From positions 1 through 64,000 of IMG/VR virus record IMGVR_UViG_3300046794_000123: a stretch of DNA of 64,000 nt; one strand, given 5' to 3'. Made by a program: the position numbers and the translations under genes. Shown one piece after another: positions 20,094-30,775 of this stretch. Below the pieces are notes generated by a model that had not been told where the DNA came from, did not search any database, and saw nothing but the letters and a program-made list of their open reading frames with translations. The DNA is from a virus. The number at the start of each line of letters is the position of its first letter. The stretch's first letter is position 1.

Positions 20094-20705
20094 TTACTCG
20101 CCCGGTGCTTCGATGGAACCGGCTGCGATCTGGGCGGTGGCCAGCTGGTCGATATCCTTCTGCGAGAGTTGCGGCAGCACCTCGATGGCGAATTCCTTGG
20201 ACATCGATGTCTCGACTCGGGTCGTTCCCGTGCGCTTGTCCTTGACCGTGCGGATGTTCAGAAAGCGCCGAGCTTCGAGTGTCTTGTAGAGGATGTTCGG
20301 GATGTGATAGCCGCCATCCGTCGCCTCGCCGTAGGGAATGAACTTCTTGACGTTGCCCAGGTACTCGTTGGCCACCGTCAGCAATTCACCCGGCAGATTC
20401 GCCTTCTTCGGGTCCAGACACTGGATCCGTACACGAATGAGCTTCATCTCCTCGTCGTGCAGGTGTTGGCGCAGAGTCTTTTTCTTGACCGGCGTATTCT
20501 GGCCGATCAGCGGATTGGCCGGATGCACGTCCGTGCTCGGTGCAGCTTCTTCGGTCGTCTCGCCCATCTTCTCGGCAATCTTCGCCTTGAGGGTTTCGAC
20601 GGAACTGTTGTTGGACACTGCAATGCCCATCAGCTTGGCACGATCGAGCAGCAGTTGTTTCTCGGTGGGCTGGTTCTCAGCCGGATCTTTGAGGAGTTCG
20701 CTCAT
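20094..20705 (-). CDS. N4 gp55-like protein
   Basis: Start MSELLKD with AAGGAAG RBS; LIRVRIQCLDPKK, FAIEVLPQL; just downstream of MCP. Confidence 0.75.
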   Translation of the reverse strand: MSELLKDPAENQPTEKQLLLDRAKLMGIAVSNNSSVETLKAKIAEKMGETTEEAAPSTDVHPANPLIGQNTPVKKKTLRQHLHDEEMKLIRVRIQCLDPKKANLPGELLTVANEYLGNVKKFIPYGEATDGGYHIPNILYKTLEARRFLNIRTVKDKRTGTTRVETSMSKEFAIEVLPQLSQKDIDQLATAQIAAGSIEAPGE

Positions 20706-20791
20706 GATGTCTTCCTTGGTTCTTTGAATCAGGAGCCAAGGGAAAGGAGACTGCGGGGACAATCTCCTTTCCTCTGGTTCAGCCGGACTGC

Positions 20792-22021
20792 TTAGACCGG
20801 TGCGACGGTCTTGATCAGACCAATCCGTTCCGGGCGCTTGATCAAGATGCCGTAGTACCACTTGATCGAGCTGAAGCCTTGCTCACCATACGGGTCCGTC
20901 TTGTCGGCGGTGGCCTGGCCCGGCATCTTCGTGAGCACGCTGAACTTGACCGTCTTGCCGTCCGTCTGGAAGCCGATCGTCGTGAACGAATCGTCACCGA
21001 TGCAGAGCATCGGGAAGATGTCGTAGTGCTCAGAGCCACCCACCGTCGAGGAACGGTAGCCGGGGTTGTCCGTCACCACCGCACCAGCGCCCGCCCAGTG
21101 CAGCATTTCCGGCACCTGGATGAAGCGGAACTTGCCGATGGTGCCGACTTCGCCGTTCATGATCGTGCCAGCATCGCCGTAGTGCTGCACTTCGATGAAG
21201 GCCTTGTTGCCGAACAAATCGGTGATGGCCATGAGCGCCGGGACCAGCTCCGAGCCCACGAACATGATGCGCGTCGCACCGATCACCTTCGTATCCACCA
21301 GACGGGAACCCGTGATGATGGTCGTCGAAGTCGGCGTGCGGTTGTCGGTCAGGATCTGATCCAGGCGGATCAGGTTCTTGTACGACACCACCGAGGCCGG
21401 GATTTCCGGCACCGGACCCGCAGCCGGCGTCACTTCACCGGTCACCGTCGCATCCGAGGTGGCCGCACCTGCGAACAGGACGACACCGGGAGCAGCGAGC
21501 AGATCCTTCTGCAGCACGGCTTCCGTGATCTGCACGGCACCATTCATGAGCTCGGTCGACAGATGCGACATGAGCTCGGCGTCCGAGTCGAAGTCGAGCG
21601 ACTCTTGCGTGAACTCGGTGAAGAAACCGAACTTGTGAATCGATCCTTCACGCTCCAGACGGGTGAAGCCGACCCGGTTCACGCGGCCACCGTTTTCGCT
21701 GAGCGTCGGCAGCTTCGAGGTGATCGTGCCGATGTCCTTCGACGAACCGTACAGGTTGCCATTGGCAATCGTAGCGCCGGTAGCGTCGATGCCTTGATCG
21801 TTGATGTTGCGTGCGTCGAGCAGCGGCACATACTCGTACACCTTGATCTTCTTGCCGTAGTTCTTCGGCATGTTGGTGACCGAGGCGAGCGGCATGAAAT
21901 ACTGCTCTTTGCGGGCGGTGATGATTGCCTTCTTCAGCCAGAAGAAGGTGTTCATCTGGTCCGACGAAGCCGAGTCGATGCTCGACTTCTGACCTTCAGC
22001 AGGGGCGTTGTAATTCAACAT
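20792..22021 (-). CDS. Major capsid protein (N4 gp56-like)
   Basis: 409 aa; [31 protein letters not shown] typical of N4-family MCP. Confidence 0.95.
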   Translation of the reverse strand: MLNYNAPAEGQKSSIDSASSDQMNTFFWLKKAIITARKEQYFMPLASVTNMPKNYGKKIKVYEYVPLLDARNINDQGIDATGATIANGNLYGSSKDIGTITSKLPTLSENGGRVNRVGFTRLEREGSIHKFGFFTEFTQESLDFDSDAELMSHLSTELMNGAVQITEAVLQKDLLAAPGVVLFAGAATSDATVTGEVTPAAGPVPEIPASVVSYKNLIRLDQILTDNRTPTSTTIITGSRLVDTKVIGATRIMFVGSELVPALMAITDLFGNKAFIEVQHYGDAGTIMNGEVGTIGKFRFIQVPEMLHWAGAGAVVTDNPGYRSSTVGGSEHYDIFPMLCIGDDSFTTIGFQTDGKTVKFSVLTKMPGQATADKTDPYGEQGFSSIKWYYGILIKRPERIGLIKTVAPV

Positions 22022-22038
22022 GAGTCAGGTTTCCCTTT

Positions 22039-23307
22039 TCAAACACGGTTATGGAACGTTTTCAGAAACTCTTCATCGCTCATGGCGAGCGGATTGACGA
22101 GCTTCTTGACCTCTCCGGGAGTGCTCCGCGTTGCCGCAGCGGCACTTGCCTGATCGTTGTTCGTGACCGAAGCCTTCGGGGTGACGACTCGTGTTGCGAC
22201 TGGCTCTTTCACAGCGGGCTTTTCAACTTCGCTTGAGCCAGAGGAGGCGGGGGATTCCGTGACGTTGGGTTTAGCCAGATCGTTGAAAGCGCCCGCCTTC
22301 TGCAACGCATCGCCCACGACCTGGTAGGCCTGGATGAACGGCAGATCAGCTGGAATGGCCCCCAATGTCCGCTGGCGATTCACTTCAGCTTCGATACGGG
22401 CGTAAATGCCCATCTCGCGCTGCTCGTGCATCACCTGCATGATTGCAGGGTTCTCCCACAGCACTTCCTTACTGGACTTGTCCCATGTCGAGTTGATTGT
22501 CTGAAGTGTCGCTTTACCCTCCTGGTGCGAGTTCAACTCGTCCAGAGTGGTGCGGAAATTCGCTTCAGCATCACTGACCTGGTGATTCCCACCAAGGTAG
22601 TTTGAATCTTCGCTGGTATCGATGGACAAGGGATCGACGCCCTTGTCCTTCAGCAGCTTCTGGATTGCCTTGGTGTCGCCGTTGTTCAGGTCGATTAAGA
22701 ACGAGAGCTTCTCCGGGTCCAGCAGCTGGTTGTTCTCCAGCATCAGCAGCGTCTTTCGATGCGGCTGAATGTCCTGCATCTTGCGGGTGTAGTTGGCCCC
22801 CATCTGCATCAGCTGGATGACTTCCTGCGGATCCCGCAGCTCAATCATCTTGCCGTTCGCTTTGAACGGGGCCATCACCTGCTTGTAGAAACCTTCGTAG
22901 TCGACAGGTCCAGTCTGGGCAGCTGGCTTGGTTTCGACGGTACTGTCCGTCTTCTCCTTGCCCTGGGCGTCCTTCGCTTCGTCTGCCGACTTGGCGAGAG
23001 GATCACTTGCAGTTGCTTCGTCCTTCTTGGTTTCCTTCGACTCCGCAATGGTCGGAACGTTACCACCATTCACCTCTGGTTTACTAGAGGCTTCTTGCGT
23101 GGATGCAACATTCGACGCATCAACAACTGCGACTTCAGCCGGTTTGACTTCAGTTGCTGCGTTGTTGACTTCGGTGTTCGTTTCGCTGGGCTTGTCGTTG
23201 GAGACTTCCTGAATCACCTCTACCGGCTCGGAGCCAGGGAAAGGCTGATTCAGGAAGTCCTCATCGTCCATTGCCAGCGGATTGGTATCCGTGGCTTGGG
23301 TCGTCAT
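22039..23307 (-). CDS. N4 gp57-like protein (scaffold / often annotated tape-measure)
   Basis: Acidic N-term, PFKANGK...LMQMGANYTRKMQ, C-term NPLAMSDEEF. Confidence 0.8.
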   Translation of the reverse strand: MTTQATDTNPLAMDDEDFLNQPFPGSEPVEVIQEVSNDKPSETNTEVNNAATEVKPAEVAVVDASNVASTQEASSKPEVNGGNVPTIAESKETKKDEATASDPLAKSADEAKDAQGKEKTDSTVETKPAAQTGPVDYEGFYKQVMAPFKANGKMIELRDPQEVIQLMQMGANYTRKMQDIQPHRKTLLMLENNQLLDPEKLSFLIDLNNGDTKAIQKLLKDKGVDPLSIDTSEDSNYLGGNHQVSDAEANFRTTLDELNSHQEGKATLQTINSTWDKSSKEVLWENPAIMQVMHEQREMGIYARIEAEVNRQRTLGAIPADLPFIQAYQVVGDALQKAGAFNDLAKPNVTESPASSGSSEVEKPAVKEPVATRVVTPKASVTNNDQASAAAATRSTPGEVKKLVNPLAMSDEEFLKTFHNRV

Positions 23308-23657
23308 TCGGCGTTAGCCTCCCCTTCTTCTGCACGGAGCTGCTCGATCGTGCTTTCGATCTCGGGCAGCTGCTCGGCCGCCGAGTTGCCCATCTGGATC
23401 TGGAAATTCAACCAGCGCTTGAAGTGACCTGCCGCCTGTGCCATCGCCAGTGCATCGGCGCGTTGACGATCCGAGAGTGCCGGATCCGCCGACTCTCGTG
23501 CGTAGCGTGCGCATTCCTTCTCGAAGTACTCTTCACGCACCACTCGCTTGAACTCACGGTTCTCGGTGAGCTTCAGAATCTGATCGCGGAAAGCGATGAC
23601 TTTCTTGGCCTCTTCGAGTCCCGTTTCGAGTTGCTGAAGATCGGTAGGTTCTTGCAT
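23304..23657 (-). CDS. N4 gp58-like protein
   Basis: 117 aa helical protein between portal and gp57. Confidence 0.7.
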   Translation of the reverse strand: MQEPTDLQQLETGLEEAKKVIAFRDQILKLTENREFKRVVREEYFEKECARYARESADPALSDRQRADALAMAQAAGHFKRWLNFQIQMGNSAAEQLPEIESTIEQLRAEEGEANAE

Positions 23658-23702
23658 TTGAGGCGTCCTTGACTATAAAGATAGGTTGAATGATCCAGCG
23701 TT

Positions 23703-25973
23703 TTAGGCCGGTATTCCTTGGTTCACGGGGGCAGGTTGTACCCCAAAGTTAACTTGGGGAATTGTAGGGTTTGCTGCGGTCTGTTGTCCAGCACCGGATT
23801 GTGCTTTTGACAGTGCGTTGTACCCTACAGCAGCAGGAATATCCGGCTTCGACTCCGCCCCATTAGCCTGCTTTCTTGGTTTGAGCAACGCATTGGTGAC
23901 GGCCAGTGCCTGATTGCCTTCAGCCTGCCCTGCCTGCTTTTCCATGTCCCGAGCATGTTTGGTGCCGGTTTCCTGCTCGACGTAATCGAGGTTGGTCTTG
24001 TCAGCAGTCGCCCCTGCGGCACGAGCCTGAGCCTCATACATCTGAGCCTGAGCCTGGTTCTTCGCAATCTCAGACTGAAGCTTCTGGGCTTCGAGCTGCT
24101 GCATCTGCTGCTGGAATGGATCGGGCTGCGGCTGGAAGGTAGCAATCTTGTGAGCCAGTTCCGGCATTCTCTTGAGCTTGGCAATCTCACTCAGAATGAG
24201 TGCCCGGAAACTCCAGTCGGTCGTCGGCCCCATGGTCTGCATCATGAAGGCCAGATCCTGAGACTTCTGGTTGTCCACCTCAGCCGTCGAGATGTCCACG
24301 TCCAGATCGAAGTTGCCGATGAGCTCATCCCGATTGACGGACACGAACTCTTCATTGGTCACTCGGACAACTTCCTTGTCCGACATGAAGGCCTGATTCA
24401 TCGAGATGACCTTGCTGCCGATCTCGCTCATGCCCGTCGCCAGTCTCCGGAGGATGGCCATTTCACGCTTGCTGGCAGCATCCAGTGCTCCCCGTATGCC
24501 GGCAGCGACATCGCCATACGCTTCACCCGACATCCCGCCTGAGAAGGATTTGACGCCGGTGAGGGCTTCTGCGTCCTGGTTCATCAGTTGCACCATGGTG
24601 AGCGCCGAGTTCGGCAGCTCCGGGTACTTGTGCTCGATGAGCCCGTTCTGCACCGGCATGTTCGGGTTGAACTCGTAGTCCTGCCCGTTCTCGTAGCGGC
24701 GACGATTCACCACATCGAGCATGCCCTTGGCGAAACCCTGCTGACCATTGGCCGAACGTCCCAAGAGATCGATCATGCCGCGAGTCACTGCACCCAGAAT
24801 CTTCTGGTTGTCCTCCAGCACCTCCGCATCCGGCTCACCGTAGGCGGCGCGTTTGATCGGCAGATACGGCACCACGACGAAGGGAATCTTCTGGTCGGGG
24901 AACGGATTCAACTCCATCCGGACCATCGTGTTGGCGATCCAGGTCGCCACGATCGGCACCAGCGTCCCATCGCCATTCACGTCATAGACGCCCCAGTATT
25001 CGTAGGCCACGACCTTCTTGCGAGGCGCATCCCGGAACTGGAAGTCCTGCGGCGTGTTGGTGGCGTGGTCGGGATCTTGGACTGCCGAAGCCCCTTCCCA
25101 GTTGACCTGGTCCAGGTTCTTGTAGCGCTGCGGTTCCTTGAGCAGCTCGGCCTTGTTGGTCTCGAACGAGACGACTGCGAACAGTGCCTTGCTCGGATCC
25201 CCGTTACAGCTCGGGTCGAGGTAAAAGTTCCGGATGTCGATCACTTCGATCGTCGGACGATTCTCCACCAGCTTGTCGGTCAGCACCGTCTCTACGCCAG
25301 CCTGCACGGCATAGGTCGCCTGCCCCGTTTCCTGGTAGTGAGAGACGGCCGACTGCATCTCGGGAGGCACAGTATCCGCATAGGTATGAGGATCTTCCTG
25401 AGCCAGGGAGATAGCCTGTTGCAGCGCCAGAAGCTGTTCCTGCGTCTCGATCTGGAAGTGCTTGAACACCGGCACTTGCTGCTTGATCTTGGTGGTGACC
25501 CGCTTCCAGCCGAGCCGCACCACGGATGTCCCTTCATCGACCGTGCAGCGCACGAAGTCGTCAATGAACTTCACCCGGTTCATCTTGGTCTTGAACTGCC
25601 AGTTGAGTACGAGCTCATTCTGGTCGGCTGCCTTCTTGTCTTCCCAGCTGGTGGGCGAGACCTTGAACAGCTTGTTCGAGCCAAGGAAAGGCTCAGTCAG
25701 CGCAGGATAGCGCCACTCCGCTTGCCGGCGAATGAGCTTTGGCTGAACGGACGAACGCCCCTTGATCTTCTGGGGAGCCGCCTTGCCCTTGACCTCCGTC
25801 AACTCAATCCAGTGGTTGATCTTGGCCACCTGGGCATCATGGCTGGGCTTGGCCGCTTCCAGATCCCCTTTCAGTACCTGGATCGACGGCTCGTTTTTCC
25901 ACGTGGTCAGCTTCTGCTCGACAGCCGTCGAGGGCAGGATCTGATCCGGAGATTGCGTTTGCAGTTGTGTCAT
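23703..25973 (-). CDS. Portal protein (N4 gp59-like)
   Basis: 756 aa; [35 protein letters not shown]. Confidence 0.93.
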   Translation of the reverse strand: MTQLQTQSPDQILPSTAVEQKLTTWKNEPSIQVLKGDLEAAKPSHDAQVAKINHWIELTEVKGKAAPQKIKGRSSVQPKLIRRQAEWRYPALTEPFLGSNKLFKVSPTSWEDKKAADQNELVLNWQFKTKMNRVKFIDDFVRCTVDEGTSVVRLGWKRVTTKIKQQVPVFKHFQIETQEQLLALQQAISLAQEDPHTYADTVPPEMQSAVSHYQETGQATYAVQAGVETVLTDKLVENRPTIEVIDIRNFYLDPSCNGDPSKALFAVVSFETNKAELLKEPQRYKNLDQVNWEGASAVQDPDHATNTPQDFQFRDAPRKKVVAYEYWGVYDVNGDGTLVPIVATWIANTMVRMELNPFPDQKIPFVVVPYLPIKRAAYGEPDAEVLEDNQKILGAVTRGMIDLLGRSANGQQGFAKGMLDVVNRRRYENGQDYEFNPNMPVQNGLIEHKYPELPNSALTMVQLMNQDAEALTGVKSFSGGMSGEAYGDVAAGIRGALDAASKREMAILRRLATGMSEIGSKVISMNQAFMSDKEVVRVTNEEFVSVNRDELIGNFDLDVDISTAEVDNQKSQDLAFMMQTMGPTTDWSFRALILSEIAKLKRMPELAHKIATFQPQPDPFQQQMQQLEAQKLQSEIAKNQAQAQMYEAQARAAGATADKTNLDYVEQETGTKHARDMEKQAGQAEGNQALAVTNALLKPRKQANGAESKPDIPAAVGYNALSKAQSGAGQQTAANPTIPQVNFGVQPAPVNQGIPA

Positions 25974-26500
25974 TCGGCGGCACCTGGGTCAGAGATGAGA
26001 TGGCGATCCGCCGTCAGTTGCTCGCCGACTTGCACGAGCTGTCGGTCACGCAATTCAACAGTTGCCCGGAGTTCTGCAACCAGAGATCGACCCGCTTCAA
26101 GAGATCGGTCGAGTTCGGCTGTATGGCTTGCGAGACTTGCGCACTCAACGGAGCCAGATTCGGCTTGACGTTGATAAATTGCGGCTCGGGCGTCACTGCG
26201 CTGCAAGCTGCGAGCGTAGTCAGCGCGCAGAGCATCAAGCTCCTGCGCATGAGCGCTTGAAGCCGCATCGAGTGCGGCTGCTGCACGTTGAGATTCCTGG
26301 GCATGCTTGTTTTCCTTTTGCGCAAGCTCGGCCTTCACCGTGGTGATGGCCTCGCTCTGCGCTTCTTTTTCTGCATCCCATTTGGATTGAATCTCGGCTT
26401 TTCCGTGATCCGATCCAGATGAGTAGCAATACCAAGCTGCTCCCGAGATGACCGCTACAGGCAGCACCCCGTAGAGCAGGATCCTGAGCAATATGCTCAT
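25970..26500 (-). CDS. Rz: i-spanin (Rz-like)
   Basis: N-terminal TM helix followed by coiled coil; downstream of endolysin. Confidence 0.8.
   Translation of the reverse strand: MSILLRILLYGVLPVAVISGAAWYCYSSGSDHGKAEIQSKWDAEKEAQSEAITTVKAELAQKENKHAQESQRAAAALDAASSAHAQELDALRADYARSLQRSDARAAIYQRQAESGSVECASLASHTAELDRSLEAGRSLVAELRATVELRDRQLVQVGEQLTADRHLISDPGAAE
26014..26250 (-). CDS. Rz1: o-spanin (Rz1-like lipoprotein) embedded in Rz
   Basis: Alternative frame [16 protein letters not shown] with lipobox LAAC, Pro-rich mature part, fully nested in Rz. Confidence 0.75.
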   Translation of the reverse strand: MRRSLMLCALTTLAACSAVTPEPQFINVKPNLAPLSAQVSQAIQPNSTDLLKRVDLWLQNSGQLLNCVTDSSCKSASN

Positions 26501-26928
26501 GGCACGTCCTTGTAGAAGATGTGGCTCCCTATCTGCACCGTGCGGGTGGCATCCTTCGTCCACGCCGGAGCAGCAATGCTCTTGGCGTAGTAATGCGTCG
26601 CACCCAGCGTGATGTCAGGCTGGTAGTGGGCGAGTACCAGGAGCGCCGCATCCTCACACTCCTGGTACTCGGACTTGGGTATGACTCGGGAACCAGAAAG
26701 AAAGGCGAAGTTCGGGTCATTGACGTTCCAGCAACTGAACTGGTACTTGGCCCGGCAGACGCTTGCGTAATCCTTCCCCCACCATGTCTTTGGGGAAAGA
26801 ACTCGGTTTTTGATTACCCAAGCGACCGCTATCTTGCCTTCCTTCGTTTCCCCTCGGGATTCTCCCCAGAGGGTTCTAGCTACCGCATCCAAATCACCAT
26901 CAGTATATGTTGGGTTTGTAACAGACAC
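26497..26928 (-). CDS. Endolysin, SleB/Hydrolase_2-type cell wall hydrolase
   Basis: ARTLWGESRGE, AVAWVIKNRV, YQFSCWN, GATHYY, IGSHIFY. Confidence 0.9.
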   Translation of the reverse strand: MSVTNPTYTDGDLDAVARTLWGESRGETKEGKIAVAWVIKNRVLSPKTWWGKDYASVCRAKYQFSCWNVNDPNFAFLSGSRVIPKSEYQECEDAALLVLAHYQPDITLGATHYYAKSIAAPAWTKDATRTVQIGSHIFYKDVP

Positions 26929-26949
26929 AATCCATTTCCTCCGATTGGT

Positions 26950-27201
26950 TCAGGTTGAGGAGTCCTCACCGGGCGCTGTAGCGCCACCGATACTGGACTG
27001 TTTCACTATTCGACCCACGATTCCGGACAGTGCTACCAGCGGAGCCAGGCCCCAGAGCATCCATCTGCAGTGCTGCTGCAAGTCGGGTGGCATCGAAGCC
27101 CAGGCCACTGGAATCGCCCCCGCAATGCTCAGTGCATGCGTGGAGTACATCCGCCAGACTTGTTTCCATTCGTCGATCAGTTTTAGGTTTTTGAGAGCCA
27201 T
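26950..27201 (-). CDS. Putative holin (two TM)
   Basis: KLIDEWKQVWRMYS...GRIVKQ with two hydrophobic segments; directly upstream of endolysin. Confidence 0.7.
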   Translation of the reverse strand: MALKNLKLIDEWKQVWRMYSTHALSIAGAIPVAWASMPPDLQQHCRWMLWGLAPLVALSGIVGRIVKQSSIGGATAPGEDSST

Positions 27202-27515
27202 TTGACGATCTCCACACGGAAAGAAAATGCCAACCCAATCAGGAAGGCAAGCGTCCCCCACGCCCATTTGCCAAAGATCCCGGCACCGGTGATCTTGTGC
27301 TTGATCGTGATGAATTCCTCGATCGTGGGGCTCTGTTTGGTCAGAGACTCCTCGACTGCCTTCAGCCGATTGCCCATGTTTGCCAGGCTCACCGACTGCT
27401 CTTCCATCTTTTCGTACTGGGTCTTTCTGGCAGCCTTGGCTTCCTCCAGCTCTTTCTGGATGAACTTGTACTGCTCACCCAACACGGCAAGCTGAACTTC
27501 AAGAGAGTTGGGCAT
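27183..27515 (-). CDS. Coiled-coil plus C-terminal TM protein (N4 gp63-like holin/antiholin candidate)
   Basis: PTIEEFITIKHKITGAGIFGKWAW followed by TM helix. Confidence 0.7.
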   Translation of the reverse strand: MPNSLEVQLAVLGEQYKFIQKELEEAKAARKTQYEKMEEQSVSLANMGNRLKAVEESLTKQSPTIEEFITIKHKITGAGIFGKWAWGTLAFLIGLAFSFRVEIVKWLSKT

Positions 27516-27526
27516 CTTTGGGCTCG

Positions 27527-27580
27527 CAAACGAAAAAGGGGGGAGCACCTGAGATCAACTCTCTTGGCGCTCCCCCCTTG
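27527..27580 (-). terminator. Terminator separating tail-fibre and lysis genes
   Basis: Minus strand AAGGGGGGAGCG...TGCTCCCCCCTT-TTTCGTTT. Confidence 0.7.
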
Positions 27581-27631
27581 GTGAACCGACGCTGCAGTTC
27601 ACTGGGATTAGACTGTCCGAATGATACTTTA

Positions 27632-27802
27632 TTAGTCAGGAGGATTGGGTGAACTGTCACCAGAAGCAACAGTCGGATTCACCGCAACCGGTACCTCCGG
27701 GTCGACCACGATCCGGCTGGAGTGATTCAGCAGGTGCGGATTGGCTGCCAGGAACTGCGCATACGTGGGTGTCTTCCACTCCGGCACTGGGGTGTCTGCC
27801 AT
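27632..27802 (-). CDS. Hypothetical protein (56 aa)
   Basis: Start coupled to upstream stop; MADTPVPEWK. Confidence 0.45.
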   Translation of the reverse strand: MADTPVPEWKTPTYAQFLAANPHLLNHSSRIVVDPEVPVAVNPTVASGDSSPNPPD

Positions 27803-27996
27803 CACAGGCCTCCTTTCGGATAGCGGTCTTTGACCGACTTGCAGTGCTCGACCCACAGCATCGTCTCAACAGGCAGCTCGATACCTTTTTCCATGAGCGC
27901 TGCAAAGCCCTTCATCAGCGCATCGAGCTGGTCCCCGATGCTCATATAGGCCTGCTTACGCAGCGGCCCCACATCCACCTCGTGTCGGATCTTCAT
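27802..27996 (-). CDS. Tail-fibre-associated small protein
   Basis: RKQAYMSIGDQLDAL...VKDRYPK motif common after tail-tip genes. Confidence 0.6.
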   Translation of the reverse strand: MKIRHEVDVGPLRKQAYMSIGDQLDALMKGFAALMEKGIELPVETMLWVEHCKSVKDRYPKGGL

Positions 27997-28397
27997 ACCT
28001 GGCTCACCTGAAAGGACGCATCGAGCCAGGGGAAAGAAGACACCCTTACGCTGTAGGTACCGGGTTGAGAGAACTCCAGCTCACAGTGATCGTCCGTGCA
28101 GTCATGGACCACGCCCTCGATCGTGATCGTGCAGGGCACCGGCAGGTTCTCAAGTACCCTGCCCACGAGTGTTGCAGGGCAGGCTGGCCGAACAAGAACC
28201 TCCCCGTCTTTCACGTAATGCGTCTCGGCTGTGCCCATCCCTTTCGTCAGCCGCCCGCCATCTGGTATCACCTGGATGTCGAAAATGAATGCCGGCACGC
28301 TGCCGTAGTAGAGGATCTTCCCTGCCGCATCGGAGGCGACGTATTCGACCACCGTGTGATCCAGGACCGGTGCTTCCACCACTTGTTCTTCGCTCAT
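27993..28397 (-). CDS. Tail-fibre-associated protein
   Basis: 134 aa, translationally coupled within the tail module. Confidence 0.6.
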   Translation of the reverse strand: MSEEQVVEAPVLDHTVVEYVASDAAGKILYYGSVPAFIFDIQVIPDGGRLTKGMGTAETHYVKDGEVLVRPACPATLVGRVLENLPVPCTITIEGVVHDCTDDHCELEFSQPGTYSVRVSSFPWLDASFQVSQV

Positions 28398-29995
28398 CGC
28401 TTTGCCTCAAGAAGTGCAACTGTGGAGCCAGTGAAACCGCCTTGTGCCGAGGAAAGGGTGATCGTGATCACCTGAGCCGCCCACGCTCCCAGACGCACGA
28501 ACGTCCCTGCCTGAACCTGATCACCCTGCAGCGTTGCCTGCACACTGCCATTCACCTTCAGCTGGAGGATGCCTGGCACTCGTGTGCCCGCTTCCGGGTT
28601 ACCAGTGCCGAGACACAAAGCGCCGATGAAGATGATGATGTCACCGCCCACGCTCTGGTACGTCACTGACTGATTGTTGGAAAACCCGCCCCACGAAGCG
28701 AGTGTCGATACTGCATTGTTGCCAATGCGCAGCGTATCGACCTGAGCGAAGCCAATCTTGGCCGTGGTGATCTGGGCATCTCCGATCTTGGCGTTCGTGA
28801 TCGATGCATCAGCGATCTTGGCGTTGGTAATGGCCGCATCGGCAATCTTCGCATTGGTGATCGTGGCATCACCGATCGCTGCATTGGTGATGCACACCTG
28901 CGGCACACCATTGACCGAGCCCACCCAGAACGGCTGCACACCGGGATACCCCGGCAACTGCACCGTGAACCGGTCAGCCAGAATGTTGAAGTAGCTGACG
29001 ACTGCGCCATTGGCTGCGGTTGAGTACAGACCAAACCCGGATACATAGCCGTTGTTGTCGATCTTGACGGCGTAATTCGCATACACACCATTGATCGAAC
29101 TCTGCTGAACGTTGATCGTGCTGGTGTGTCCATTGAGCGTCGTCGTCAGCGCCAGCATGGCAGACGCATTGGACTGGTTCGCCGCAGCCAGTGCCGTCTG
29201 TAGCGAAGTAATCGCAGCCGATGACACGTCCGTGTGGGCCTCGACCTGAGTGATCCGGGTCGACAGTGCCGAGTCTGCATCAGCACGGGCTTCTTGCTCA
29301 TCGAGGATGCTGGCCGTGTTCTGGCCGACATCGGCCACAACCACATCGATGCGCTTACCGATCGCCGTATCGGCATCGGCATAGGCGATCTTCGTCTCAT
29401 TGATGGCGACCGTGTTGGCGGCTGTTGTCGCCACCACCTGCTCGATCCGCTCACTAAGTGCCGACTCAGCATCGGCACGGGCGAGCTGCTCATCCTGAAT
29501 GGCCGCTACGTTCGCATCAATCCGGGCACCGACCGTATTGATCTTGATCGCCACCGACTCTTCATTGGTCTGCCGGATCGCCTTTTCTTCGGTGATCTCG
29601 GCCTCGAAGATGCTATCCGCGAGCTGGCGTGCCTCCACCTCGGCTTGAAGCACAGCATTGGCCGTGGTTTCGGCAGTGATCTGTGCCTGCGCCACGGCTT
29701 TCGCAATGACCGCATCGATCACTGCCTTTTCCAGCAGATCCTTGTCTGCCTGCGTCAGTCCTCCTGGGTCGCCCTTGAAAAACGGTACGAAATCGGTGCC
29801 CAGCGTCGAGCCATCCGGGCTGTAGAGCCGGATGACCAGATTCTTTGTCTCAAGCACCCCGGAAATGGGATCGTCTTCGAGAGCTGCCGACAGGACATTG
29901 GATTGGAGACCGAGCTGCATTTCCTCGGTCCCCAATCCAACAGCCAGTCCGGAAGTCTTGATGACGATCTGGGGATCATCCAGAACGTCACTCAT
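28394..29995 (-). CDS. Tail fibre/tip protein with coiled coil and DUF1983-like (lambda J C-terminal) domain
   Basis: ARADADSALS heptad repeats; YAVKIDNNGYVSGFGL...FNILADRF; 10-aa IADAAITNAK repeats. Confidence 0.75.
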   Translation of the reverse strand: MSDVLDDPQIVIKTSGLAVGLGTEEMQLGLQSNVLSAALEDDPISGVLETKNLVIRLYSPDGSTLGTDFVPFFKGDPGGLTQADKDLLEKAVIDAVIAKAVAQAQITAETTANAVLQAEVEARQLADSIFEAEITEEKAIRQTNEESVAIKINTVGARIDANVAAIQDEQLARADAESALSERIEQVVATTAANTVAINETKIAYADADTAIGKRIDVVVADVGQNTASILDEQEARADADSALSTRITQVEAHTDVSSAAITSLQTALAAANQSNASAMLALTTTLNGHTSTINVQQSSINGVYANYAVKIDNNGYVSGFGLYSTAANGAVVSYFNILADRFTVQLPGYPGVQPFWVGSVNGVPQVCITNAAIGDATITNAKIADAAITNAKIADASITNAKIGDAQITTAKIGFAQVDTLRIGNNAVSTLASWGGFSNNQSVTYQSVGGDIIIFIGALCLGTGNPEAGTRVPGILQLKVNGSVQATLQGDQVQAGTFVRLGAWAAQVITITLSSAQGGFTGSTVALLEAKR

Positions 29996-29997
29996 GG

Positions 29998-30315
29998 CTA
30001 TCCTTGTGTCACCGTGTCCAGCACGTCGATCTCTTCGGTGTTGGAGATCAACACATTGCCCGCCCCATCCGTCAGCCGGATGTCCATCAGATGGGGCATG
30101 ACCTTCCACTTGGTGGTGTCCGTGGTCGGCGCATAGATCCGGATCATACCGGTGGCCGGATCCAGAATCGAACAGATCATGTGCTGAACGAACTCGAAGT
30201 TCGTCTTCGTGCGCAAATCAGCAGCAAGGATGTACCCAGCAATCGGATACGGTTCACCCTTGTTGGTGATCTGCCCAGAGAAATCGAACGTCTGTCCGCG
30301 CTTGAACTTCACCAT
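29998..30315 (-). CDS. Tail-fibre adaptor-like beta protein
   Basis: FKRGQTFDF...TTKWK...DIRLTD pattern typical of small proteins preceding fibres. Confidence 0.55.
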   Translation of the reverse strand: MVKFKRGQTFDFSGQITNKGEPYPIAGYILAADLRTKTNFEFVQHMICSILDPATGMIRIYAPTTDTTKWKVMPHLMDIRLTDGAGNVLISNTEEIDVLDTVTQG

Positions 30316-30767
30316 GCCAGCGTCCCTCCAGCAGCTTCACGCCGCAAAATGTCAGCAAGAAGGTTCGGACTATAGCGCCACGACTCCGGGAATCCCAGTG
30401 CACGGGCAACGGCTTCCGAGCAGAACCACTTGCACTTCTCACCTTCCTGCCGTGCCCACACGAACTGGAACAGGCCCAGTACATCGTAGCCTTGGCCTGC
30501 ATGCGCCTGGAACCAGGAAAGAGAAGCTGCCTCCTCTTCAGGTGTCGTCGGGATCTCGATCACATCCCAGTCAGCCGGATCGAGATCGACGATCTTCTGA
30601 CGCACGCCACCGTCGAGGTAGGCCGAGCTCCAGCACACTGCCCTGCCGTTCTCTTCAGCAACGACCAGCTCGCAGTGCGAGTACGGACCCACCGTCCACC
30701 ACTTCGTGAGCACGCCCAGCCAGCCCTTCACACCTGGATGACGACCCTTGAAAAACGCAATTTTCAT
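30309..30767 (-). CDS. Permuted papain-like (NlpC/P60, YiiX-like) protein
   Basis: GPYSHCELV (His first), GYDVLG, KWFCSE (Cys last). Confidence 0.7.
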   Translation of the reverse strand: MKIAFFKGRHPGVKGWLGVLTKWWTVGPYSHCELVVAEENGRAVCWSSAYLDGGVRQKIVDLDPADWDVIEIPTTPEEEAASLSWFQAHAGQGYDVLGLFQFVWARQEGEKCKWFCSEAVARALGFPESWRYSPNLLADILRREAAGGTLAW

Positions 30768-30775
30768 GTGTGCCC

